A DNA stretch of 64,000 bases from an uncultured Alphaproteobacteria bacterium (GTDB lineage Bacteria; Pseudomonadota; Alphaproteobacteria; RF32; CAG-239), in assembly GCA_944391345.1 (NCBI GenBank), contig CALXTE010000001.1:109976-173975 (forward strand), written 5' to 3'. A program made the translations under genes and the position numbers. Positions 37,253 through 45,681 of this stretch are shown here, one piece after another; position 1 is the first letter of the stretch; each line of letters begins with the position of its first letter. The notes beneath the pieces are model-generated. The model worked only from the letters and a program-made list of their open reading frames with translations, had not been told where the DNA came from and did not search any database.

Positions 37253-37327
37253 AATAACCCCGTCTTTTTAGTAAATAATAAACTATAATAAACCGAAAGA
37301 GCAGAAAAGCAACAAATTAATCATAAG

Positions 37328-37356
37328 CAAAAAGGCATCACGGTTTAGGTGATGCC
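37328..37356 (-). terminator. Rho-independent terminator for the 89-aa ORF
   Basis: Stem ggcatcac / gtgatgcc; T-run on the minus strand. Confidence 0.55.
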
Positions 37357-37408
37357 TTTTCTTAAAGCCAAAAATTTAGGTTATTGAATATAAAACGAGG
37401 AGCTGTGC

Positions 37409-37678
37409 TTAAGAGGCCGGAGAAATCTGCCTCGGACGCTCTAAAAAGTGGATTGCGCGCTCAGCTAAAGCCAACACCTTTGCCGAAGCCGCTTTTTCTT
37501 TATCAATCACTTTCCAGACCAACAACTTGCAGCGGAACAAAAAGTCCAAATCTCTGTTACGCTGAGGATTACCGGCAAAAACCTGAAACTTTTCTTTTAA
37601 CACCGCCGGCGTAACACTCTTTTGATTCTGCACAAAACTCAAAACATTAAATAACGAAATTCTTGTTTCCATAATCAT
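37409..37678 (-). CDS. Hypothetical small protein (89 aa)
   Basis: ORF followed by its own terminator; no motif recognised. Confidence 0.45.
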   Translation of the reverse strand: MIMETRISLFNVLSFVQNQKSVTPAVLKEKFQVFAGNPQRNRDLDFLFRCKLLVWKVIDKEKAASAKVLALAERAIHFLERPRQISPAS

Positions 37679-37806
37679 ATAAATTTAAAGTAAGACATAA
37701 AAATACAAATGTCTTATCTTTATAAAAGATTTTGTTAAAAAGTCAATTTGTTTTTTGTCGAATAATGCCAACCATTACTTGCCAAGCAGACAAGGTGAAA
37801 TAAGAC

Positions 37807-38568
37807 TTATTTTAATGTTCTTTTACCGCGGAATGAACCGATTTCAAATCCGCCGTCACAATCTAAAACATAGTCATAAAGCACTTTAACCGCAGCAAGT
37901 TTTTGCTTTTTACTTTTAGCCTCAAAACAAAGCATTAATTTATCACAAAAATCTTTTTCGGGCATTTTTGTGATATGATATCTTTCGGCAAAATCTTTAT
38001 CGGTCAAAATCGGCTCAATTTTGCTGTGCGGAACATGGGGCAGATTGCAAAAATCATAATAAGCGGATATTAATGCATCAACCAAAAGCCAATATTGCAG
38101 GTCAATATGAAGCTTTTTGTGATAAAGAGATTTCAGCTCGTCATACCTATCCCACAAATAATATTTAATAAAGCTTTTATCATAATCAGAAAGCGGTTCA
38201 AAAGGTTTTTGAATCTGAGCTAAGGCTTTTTTCTGAAGTTTTTTAATTTCACCATGACAATCAAAAAGAATTTTACCGTAAAAAATTAAATTTTGCGAGG
38301 TGTGACTATGCTCTTTAAATGATTCGTCCATATATTTTTCAAAACGCCAAATCGGATTGATAATATATTCAATAAGAAAGCCATCAACAAAGCAGTTAGA
38401 TTTTTCTTGCCAGTTTATGTCATTAGAAGCAATGATTGTCACATCAATGTCCGAAAATTTATTTTGGTTTCCGCTGGCATAACTTCCGGACAACAAAGCC
38501 CCCTCAAACCACGGTTGATGAATATAGCGTTCCAAAAACTTATCAAGCGCGACCTTCCATTGTTTCAT
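37807..38568 (-). CDS. Nucleotidyltransferase-fold protein (KNTase/ANT-like, NTase plus helical C-domain)
   Basis: GALLSGSYASGNQNKFSDIDVTII is the G-S...D-x-D pol-beta NTase motif. ATG 38568 is preferred (SD ggag 8 nt upstream). Confidence 0.65.
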   Translation of the reverse strand: MKQWKVALDKFLERYIHQPWFEGALLSGSYASGNQNKFSDIDVTIIASNDINWQEKSNCFVDGFLIEYIINPIWRFEKYMDESFKEHSHTSQNLIFYGKILFDCHGEIKKLQKKALAQIQKPFEPLSDYDKSFIKYYLWDRYDELKSLYHKKLHIDLQYWLLVDALISAYYDFCNLPHVPHSKIEPILTDKDFAERYHITKMPEKDFCDKLMLCFEAKSKKQKLAAVKVLYDYVLDCDGGFEIGSFRGKRTLK

Positions 38569-38641
38569 TTTTAAACTCCGAATAACAAATATTATAAAAA
38601 ATATTGCCATAAGATAAGTCTAAACACAAGAGAATAAACAC

Positions 38642-40729
38642 ATGCGACAGAAAATGACGCATAAGAGCTTTATAATAAAAACATCAAACCAACAGGAGAT
38701 GTTTTTTATTATGGAAAAATTTGAACAATTTAAGTTTTTGACCTATCTGCATAATGTTTTAAAAAACAAAAGATTTTTTAAGGAGCATTTGGCAGATATT
38801 TTTGACTGGCACGATTCTCAAGGAAAAGACATCATTGCTTATTCTTGGACAACACAGGCTGAAATAGATCAATGCCTTGATTTTAAAGATATTATAAGAA
38901 TGCAAAAAAAGGAGGCCTTTCTCCGCGGGGAAAAATTCATAGAGAAAATAAATAAAAAAATAATATCTTTGAGCAAAAGCCCAAGCTCAAACTTTGAAAA
39001 ACGCCTGTACCATGTTGCCAAACTTCTGGCGCTGACCGAAACCGAACAAAAAATCTATGGTCTGTTGACCAGAATCAAAATGGATGATGATTTTGAGGCC
39101 CTTAGCCGCGAAATTTTTGGCCGCAATAACAAGCTCAAACAAAATATGTCTGCTTTTTTAGAGATAAAACAGCGAGACATAGATGTGGCTTTAGACAAGC
39201 AGTCATCTTTATTAAAATATGGTCTGATAGAAAATGACTTTTCCGGAGACATATCAGCCACGGATTTTAGTGTTAAATTGCTGTCACAAAATATAAAAAG
39301 TGTGTCAGATGTTAAAAAAGCAATTTTGGGAACACCGCGCGCTGCAAGCTTAGAATGGGATGATTTTTCGTATCTTGAAGAAAAAGATTTTTGCGCCAAG
39401 ATATTTACCAAAGCGGTTAAGAACAAAGAAAAAGGCATAAATCTGCTGTTTTACGGTGCCCCTGGAACCGGAAAAACCGAATTTGCCAAAACACTGGCTA
39501 AAAAAATAAAAGCAGAACTATACGCAATCGGAGAAATGTTTGAGGAAGATTCTCGCAAAGAAAGCCTGAACTTAGCACATTCTGTTTTGGCCAAAAATAA
39601 AAATGTTTGCTTGCTGATAGATGAGGCTGATGACTTTTTAGAACAAGAAATGGCGCTGTTTTTCCGCAGAAAAGAAAACAATAAACTTTATGTCAATCGC
39701 ATGCTTGAAAATAATCCAACGCCGACAATCTGGATTATAAATTCAATCAACGAAGCCGATAAAGCATATTTGCGTCGCTTTACTTTTGCCCTAAATTTCA
39801 GTAAGCCAAACTTACAAACCAGAATAGAAATGTGGCAAAAAAGTCTGAAAGCGCATAATCTTCCGTCAGATAAAAAAACAGCCGAAGAATTTGCCGTGCA
39901 ATATAAGCTTTCACCGTCATTTATCAGCACTGCGGTCAGAACGGCAAAGCTGGCAGATGGTGGCCTCCAAGAGGTTAAACAAAGCTTGACCTCTTTGCAA
40001 AAAGCTTATAATAACGGGCGTTTGCTGCAACCAATAAATAATAATAAAACGAACTTTAATCCAAAATTATTAAATACGGATACAGATTTAAGCCTATTAT
40101 CTGAAAGAATAAAAACGCTTCCTCAGCGTAATTTTTCTTTATGTTTGTATGGCGCGTCCGGCACGGGAAAGTCTGCCTATGGAGAATATCTGGCCCAAGA
40201 ACTTGAAATGCCGGTTATTAAGAAAAAATGCTCTGATTTATTGTCAATGTGGGTAGGGGGAACGGAGCAAAATATTGCCGAGGCTTTTAACGAGGGCAGA
40301 GAAAATCAAGCAGTTTTAATTTTTGATGAAGCCGATAGCTTTTTGCAGGATAGGAGCAATGCTGTTCGCTCGTGGGAAGTAACTCAGGTTAATGAGATGC
40401 TGACGCAAATGGAAAGCTACCCTTATCCGTTTGTTTGCACCACAAATTTAATGGAAAGCTTAGACAAAGCTAGCCTGCGACGCTTTACGTTCAAAGTCGG
40501 CTATGACTATATGACGCCCGAGCAGTCAAGCCTTGCTTTTAAGCATTTTTTTAATATTGCGAATATAGACTTGTCATATCTCAATTCACTAGCTCCCGGA
40601 GATTTTGTGGTCGTAAAGCAAAAAGCCGAGATTTTGGGACTATTAAATAATCCCGAAGAATTGATAAAAATGCTGGAGGCCGAGCAACAAAACAAAGCCC
40701 CCGTTCAGCACAAAATCGGCTTTTTGTAA
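38642..40729 (+). CDS. Tandem AAA+ ATPase with unrecognised ~260-aa N-terminal domain
   Basis: Module 1: GAPGTGKT, LLIDEADDF, AYLRRFTF. Module 2: GASGTGKS, LIFDEADSF, ASLRRFTF. The start is uncertain (38642, 38699 or 38711). Confidence 0.8.
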   Translation: MRQKMTHKSFIIKTSNQQEMFFIMEKFEQFKFLTYLHNVLKNKRFFKEHLADIFDWHDSQGKDIIAYSWTTQAEIDQCLDFKDIIRMQKKEAFLRGEKFIEKINKKIISLSKSPSSNFEKRLYHVAKLLALTETEQKIYGLLTRIKMDDDFEALSREIFGRNNKLKQNMSAFLEIKQRDIDVALDKQSSLLKYGLIENDFSGDISATDFSVKLLSQNIKSVSDVKKAILGTPRAASLEWDDFSYLEEKDFCAKIFTKAVKNKEKGINLLFYGAPGTGKTEFAKTLAKKIKAELYAIGEMFEEDSRKESLNLAHSVLAKNKNVCLLIDEADDFLEQEMALFFRRKENNKLYVNRMLENNPTPTIWIINSINEADKAYLRRFTFALNFSKPNLQTRIEMWQKSLKAHNLPSDKKTAEEFAVQYKLSPSFISTAVRTAKLADGGLQEVKQSLTSLQKAYNNGRLLQPINNNKTNFNPKLLNTDTDLSLLSERIKTLPQRNFSLCLYGASGTGKSAYGEYLAQELEMPVIKKKCSDLLSMWVGGTEQNIAEAFNEGRENQAVLIFDEADSFLQDRSNAVRSWEVTQVNEMLTQMESYPYPFVCTTNLMESLDKASLRRFTFKVGYDYMTPEQSSLAFKHFFNIANIDLSYLNSLAPGDFVVVKQKAEILGLLNNPEELIKMLEAEQQNKAPVQHKIGFL

Positions 40730-40742
40730 GGAATAAGAGCCT

Positions 40743-41561
40743 ATGGAAAATATAGAAAAGATAGAACTTCTTCAGTCTTGGTTTGATAATGGAAATTTTC
40801 AACCGCCATCAGATGCGTTTGAATCTATTCAAAATATATATTATGAACAAAATAAGATAGCAAAATTTATAAGAGATAATACTGATTTTATCGACCTGTG
40901 TCTCTCCCAAAAAAATGATTTTGATATATTAAAAAATCATCCGATTTTAGGAAATTGCGATAAAAGACATGCATTTTTTGATATTCCGTTATACCGACAT
41001 ATTAAAGTAACGGAGCCGCAATTTACCATAGCTCTGGCAGAATTTTTTAATGAAAAACAAAACCAAATAATTTGTAAAACCTTTGTTCAGTCCATTTTTA
41101 AAATCTTGCATAAAGAGGCAAACATCAATGGCACGATTATGTGCAAGTCAGAAATAAAAACAATAGATGTCCAGAACAAGAAAAACAAAAAAAGAATAGA
41201 TAATATTTTTATTTGGGACGAAAACATGCTTTGCTTGGAAGTCAAGTTTGACGCGCAGCTCTCCAACAGTCTGGAGATATATCAGGAAGAATGCCAAGCC
41301 ATAGCAAATAAACAAAATATCAAAAACATTGAATACATTGTGATAAGCAAAAAAAATCTGCAAGAAAAAATAAATAATTATATTCAAACAAAGAATAATA
41401 AACGCAAAAAAAATAAATTAAAAATTTGGTGCAATTTATTGTGGCAAGATGTTCTAAAAATATGGGAAGAAGAAATTATCAAACAAAACATTAATGAAGA
41501 TTCGGATATCAAAAGATACAGAACTTCACTATGGTATAAAGTATTAAACAAGGAGGCATAA
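40743..41561 (+). CDS. Putative PD-(D/E)xK nuclease-fold protein
   Basis: KRIDNIFIWDENMLCLEVKFDAQLSNSLEIYQ gives a D ... E-x-K ... QL..Y pattern. Confidence 0.45.
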   Translation: MENIEKIELLQSWFDNGNFQPPSDAFESIQNIYYEQNKIAKFIRDNTDFIDLCLSQKNDFDILKNHPILGNCDKRHAFFDIPLYRHIKVTEPQFTIALAEFFNEKQNQIICKTFVQSIFKILHKEANINGTIMCKSEIKTIDVQNKKNKKRIDNIFIWDENMLCLEVKFDAQLSNSLEIYQEECQAIANKQNIKNIEYIVISKKNLQEKINNYIQTKNNKRKKNKLKIWCNLLWQDVLKIWEEEIIKQNINEDSDIKRYRTSLWYKVLNKEA

Positions 41562-41563
41562 AG

Positions 41564-42139
41564 ATGTCAATCAACATACCTGAAACGGTAAAAAAATATT
41601 ATGAAACGGAAGAAAACGGCAAAGCAATAAATTTGTTGAGAGAAAACAATTTGATTGGAAAAACATTAAAAGAAAAAGAACAATGCTATAAAGCCAACTT
41701 ATTTGTTGAACATTTTTTATTTGATATGTGGAATTTTAGATACCAAATTTTCAAAGAAGTATGGAGCCCTTTGCTGGAAGAAAATCAAATAAAAGAATAT
41801 GAATGCGATATTGAAGACGCAGACTACTATTTTGTAGTGAAATACGAAATAAAAGAAAATATATATTATTTTGGAATATGCAATTTAGCCCCGGGAGATG
41901 ATAAATTATTTATGGTAGCCTCTCATATTAACGAAGACGGACAAGAAGAAAATTTAGGGGACGAAAAACAAGTTAAAGCCTATGCTCTCCAAAACAGAGA
42001 ATATGATGAAGAAGAAGGATCTTGCACCTGTGGCGAAGAAATTTCACTAAAAAACAAAACAGAAATAACGGATGAAGAAATTGAAAAATTTAAAACTGAT
42101 GCCAAAAATATGATAAATTTTATAAAAAATAAAAGATAA
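41564..42139 (+). CDS. Hypothetical acidic protein (191 aa)
   Basis: Strong SD aggagg 7 nt upstream; starts 2 nt after the preceding stop. Confidence 0.6.
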   Translation: MSINIPETVKKYYETEENGKAINLLRENNLIGKTLKEKEQCYKANLFVEHFLFDMWNFRYQIFKEVWSPLLEENQIKEYECDIEDADYYFVVKYEIKENIYYFGICNLAPGDDKLFMVASHINEDGQEENLGDEKQVKAYALQNREYDEEEGSCTCGEEISLKNKTEITDEEIEKFKTDAKNMINFIKNKR

Positions 42140-42170
42140 ACAGGGCGATAATAAAAATCGGAGACCATGA

Positions 42171-43145
42171 ATGGCATACGAAAAAACATACGATTTACTT
42201 GATTTGGCAATATGGATGCAATCAAACCGTGAAGGCGTCAGCTTAAATGATATTGCTGAAAAATACCATGTTTCGCGCCGCACGGCGGAGCGTATGCGTG
42301 ATATGATTATCACTCGATTTCCGCAAGCCGAAGAAATTATTTGCGAAAACAATCAAAAACGCTGGTACATCCCGCAAGGGACATTAAAGGATTTGATAAA
42401 CTTTTCTGCCGAAGAATTATCGGCATTAGAAACAGCTAAAGAGTTGTTTGAAAATAAGCAAATGACCGAAAAACAGTTTGTTCTTGATAAAGTTATAGCA
42501 AAAATTAAAGCTTGTATAAAACCCGATGTAATCAGACGGATTGAACCCGATACCGAAGCTTTGCTTGAAGCTGAAGGCTTTATTTGCCGCCCCGGACCAA
42601 GACTTGTGATAGATGAAAAGATTATCGCTACGATTCGCCAAGCCATTTTGGAATGTCGGAAGATTAAAATTAAATATTACAATAAGAACAGCGGAAAAAT
42701 TAGTACCAATACTCTTAACCCTTATGGTTTTCTTTATGGTGAGCGCAATCACTACTTGGTTGCTCATCATGCCGATGGATATTTTGGAAATGAAGTTCAT
42801 AACTTTATTTTGAGCAATATTCGAGAAGTGGAAATATTAAACAGTGTAATTGAAAACTTGCCTGATTTTAACTTGCAGAAATATGCTGAAGAATCATTTG
42901 GTGCTTATCACGAAGAGCCTTTCGAAGTTGAATGGTTGTTTGATAAAGAAGTATCGGAAGAAGCATCTCACTATATTTTTCACCCCACACAAACCATAAC
43001 TAAAAATCCGGACGGAACATTAACCGTTAAATTCAGAGCCGGCGGTAGATTAGAAATGGATTGGCATCTTTATACATGGGGCAATCATGTAAAAATCATC
43101 AAACCGGAGAATTGGTATAAGAAAAAAATAAAGGACATAAGATAA
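42171..43145 (+). CDS. HTH-WYL-WCX transcriptional regulator (BrxR/CapW/PafBC-like architecture)
   Basis: N-terminal HTH GVSLNDIAEKYHVSRRTAERMRDMI. WYL-type core IKIKYYNKNSGKISTNTLNPYGFLYGERNHYLVAHH. C-terminal WHLYTWGNHVKIIKPENW. Confidence 0.75.
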   Translation: MAYEKTYDLLDLAIWMQSNREGVSLNDIAEKYHVSRRTAERMRDMIITRFPQAEEIICENNQKRWYIPQGTLKDLINFSAEELSALETAKELFENKQMTEKQFVLDKVIAKIKACIKPDVIRRIEPDTEALLEAEGFICRPGPRLVIDEKIIATIRQAILECRKIKIKYYNKNSGKISTNTLNPYGFLYGERNHYLVAHHADGYFGNEVHNFILSNIREVEILNSVIENLPDFNLQKYAEESFGAYHEEPFEVEWLFDKEVSEEASHYIFHPTQTITKNPDGTLTVKFRAGGRLEMDWHLYTWGNHVKIIKPENWYKKKIKDIR

Positions 43146-43245
43146 AGAAAAACAAATCCGAAGCAAGATAACCAACATATTAATTAAAGCTTTGGGCGCA
43201 ATATGTAGTGTCACCAAACTAAAATCAAATAGAAAGGAGAATAAA

Positions 43246-44259
43246 ATGGAGATACATTACTTTCAAAGATATCATTCACAAGAAAATGTTAGTACAGCAA
43301 ATACTATGTTGTTATTTTCAAGACTCTATAGCCATTCTTCTTCCAAATTTTACAATTTAATAGAGAATATATTAGAAGAAGAATATGAACCCTTAAATTT
43401 TGAATTAAGTATTAAATTACAAGAAAAATCAAAAGACAGTGTGCCTGATGCGGTCATTTTTCAGCCGAGTTTTAAGATAGTTATTGAGACAAAACTTTAT
43501 AACAATTTTGGAATCAAACAACTGGAACATCATTTATCTTCTTTTCAAAACGATGGAGAAAAAATTCTCCTAACCTTAGACCCGCAAGAATTGAAAAAAG
43601 AGAAAAAACAAGCAATCAAGAATATGATTAAAACTAAAAATCCGGAAATAAAACATATTCACCTAACTTTTGAAAAACTTATTGAACTAGTTAAAAATAT
43701 AATTGATCCCAATGATGATTTTTTGGATATTGTAGAAGACTATGAAAATTATTGTTACGACGATAGCCTTATCAGCGATATGGATAAGAAATTAGATGTA
43801 CGTTTGTGCGGAACAACATATGACACAAATAAAGCACTAAATTTATATTATTGTCCAGAATCTCGCAGATATCAAAAATGCAAGTATCTAGGGTTATATA
43901 AACAAAAAGCCGTTCGTAATATAGGAGAGATTATAGCCATTGCCGTCGTAGAAGCAAAAAATGGCGACATTAATAAATTAGAATTTAGTTCAGTAGAAGG
44001 AACGCTAACAGAAGAAATGCAAGCAAATGCCAAAAAAGCATTCCAAGATGCTTCTCAATATGGCTATGATTTGACGAGATGTCCGCATCGTTTCTTTTTT
44101 GTAGACCAATTTTACGAAACATCTTATCAAAAGAAGACACCTCGCGCCCCTCAGGGTAAAAGAATTTTTAATTTACAGAAAATTTTGGAATTTGAAAATA
44201 AGACCAAACTTCCCTCGACCGCAGAAATTGCTGAATTACTAAAAACAAAAGAATGGTAA
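43246..44259 (+). CDS. PD-(D/E)xK nuclease-fold N-domain fused to an unrecognised C-domain
   Basis: VPDAVIFQPSFKIVIETKLYNNFGIKQLEHHL is a textbook PD...E-x-K. ATG 43246 is preferred (SD aaggaga 5 nt upstream) over TTG 43192. Confidence 0.6.
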   Translation: MEIHYFQRYHSQENVSTANTMLLFSRLYSHSSSKFYNLIENILEEEYEPLNFELSIKLQEKSKDSVPDAVIFQPSFKIVIETKLYNNFGIKQLEHHLSSFQNDGEKILLTLDPQELKKEKKQAIKNMIKTKNPEIKHIHLTFEKLIELVKNIIDPNDDFLDIVEDYENYCYDDSLISDMDKKLDVRLCGTTYDTNKALNLYYCPESRRYQKCKYLGLYKQKAVRNIGEIIAIAVVEAKNGDINKLEFSSVEGTLTEEMQANAKKAFQDASQYGYDLTRCPHRFFFVDQFYETSYQKKTPRAPQGKRIFNLQKILEFENKTKLPSTAEIAELLKTKEW

Positions 44260-44293
44260 TAACAAATAATACAAACAAGAAATCGATAAAACT

Positions 44294-44554
44294 ATGAATA
44301 ACGATCAAATACTTAACAAAGAACAATTTAAGAGGCTGTGTGAACATCACAAGCTGGTTCGTATTTTAACTGATGGTAAGACACTTTATGCTTGGAATGC
44401 AGAAGAAGCAGAGCATAAAGAAATCAGATCTAAGTTACATTTAAGTGACGCGTTTGTCAGTTTTTTGTTTGAAAAGGGCGTGTTATACAGCTCTATTAAT
44501 GCAGTAGGAAGTCAAAACATAAAAGAAAACCTGATAAAAAATTGGTTATCTTGA
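44294..44554 (+). CDS. Hypothetical small protein (86 aa)
   Basis: Last ORF of the same-strand cassette; weak SD. Confidence 0.45.
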   Translation: MNNDQILNKEQFKRLCEHHKLVRILTDGKTLYAWNAEEAEHKEIRSKLHLSDAFVSFLFEKGVLYSSINAVGSQNIKENLIKNWLS

Positions 44555-44674
44555 GTAATTATCCATACCAAATAAGCTAAAATCACCATAAAACACACAA
44601 CAAAGACACCTAAAATACTCTAAAAAAGTGGGACTATGGTGGGATAAATTTAAGCAAATTGATACTACAAAAAA

Positions 44675-44697
44675 GCACCCCCGAAGGGTGCTTTTTT
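44675..44697. terminator. Bidirectional terminator between the cassette and tRNA-Leu
   Basis: gcaccc-ccgaa-gggtgc flanked by an A-run and a T-run. Confidence 0.6.
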
Positions 44698-44699
44698 AA

Positions 44700-44786
44700 T
44701 GGTGCGCTAGGCCGGAATCGAACCGGCACGGGATTGCTCCCAACAGATTTTAAGTCTGCAGCGTCTACCTGTTCCGCCACAAGCGC
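44700..44786 (-). tRNA. tRNA-Leu (anticodon UAA), type II long variable arm, CCA encoded
   Basis: Hand-folded: anticodon stem-loop gcaga-ctTAAaa-tctgt, variable arm tgggagcaatcccgt, T-arm gccgg-ttcgatt-ccggc. One T-T mismatch in the acceptor stem. Confidence 0.85.
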
Positions 44787-44973
44787 AAAATCATCAACAA
44801 CAAATTTATACATACAAAATTTTATAAATGCAATATAAAACTTGTAATTTTTTCAAAAAGTCTTACTCTCTAAGAGTAAAACGTTTTAATTTGCTTCGGC
44901 AGCAGAGGCTTTGCGGCAGTTGACAGCGTCACGGCAAGCTTTCTCTCCGAGGCTTTGATAAAAGGATAAAATT

Positions 44974-45681
44974 ATGAAAACAATAGATATTTCTTGGCGC
45001 AGATACCTTTTGCCCAATATCCATAACGAAGGTTGGAAGTTTGTCGGCCTGTTTGTTGCCGTTACGGCCTTGCTTGCTTTAATCTGGGCTCCGCTTGGCT
45101 GGATTGGCTGCATTTTAACCGTATGGTGCTATTTCTTTTTCCGCGATCCGGAGCGCATTACGCCAGAGATAAAAGATGTGGTTGTATCTCCGGCAGATGG
45201 TATTGTTCAAATGATTACCGAGGTAGAAGGCCCTGAAGAGCTCGGCTTGGAAAAAGAAAAATTTAACCGCGTAAGCGTGTTTATGAGCGTATTTAATGTA
45301 CATGTAAACCGCGCACCAGCCGAAGGCAAAATCACCAAAGCCGTTTATGTCCCCGGCAAGTTTTTTAATGCCACTTTGGATAAAGCCAGCAAGGATAACG
45401 AACGCCAGCTCTTGGCTATGAAAACCTCTTGCGGCAAAGAAATAGCTTTTGTTCAAATCGCCGGTTTGGTTGCACGCCGCATTGTCTGCGATGCCGCTGC
45501 CGGTCAAGAATACAAAGCCGGAGAGCGATTCGGCATGATTCGCTTTGGCTCAAGACTTGATGTATATTTACCGCTTGATGTAGAGTCGCAAGTTGTTGTT
45601 GGTCAAACCATGATTGCCGGTGAAACGGTTATTGCGAATTTGACCGCACCTGCCACAAAATTAGAAGGAGTCATCCGCTAA
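44974..45681 (+). CDS. psd: Phosphatidylserine decarboxylase proenzyme (short form)
   Basis: Short-form length (235 aa); candidate self-cleavage site in MIRFGSRLDV. Confidence 0.85.
   Translation: MKTIDISWRRYLLPNIHNEGWKFVGLFVAVTALLALIWAPLGWIGCILTVWCYFFFRDPERITPEIKDVVVSPADGIVQMITEVEGPEELGLEKEKFNRVSVFMSVFNVHVNRAPAEGKITKAVYVPGKFFNATLDKASKDNERQLLAMKTSCGKEIAFVQIAGLVARRIVCDAAAGQEYKAGERFGMIRFGSRLDVYLPLDVESQVVVGQTMIAGETVIANLTAPATKLEGVIR

Noticed and set aside
37253-38710. Search for a partial duplicate of the tRNA-Leu 3' end (att scar) at the far boundary of the 37.4-44.6 kb island.
   Set aside because: Only an 8-nt coincidence (aggccgga) was found. No convincing direct repeat exists, so island boundaries and mobility remain undefined.
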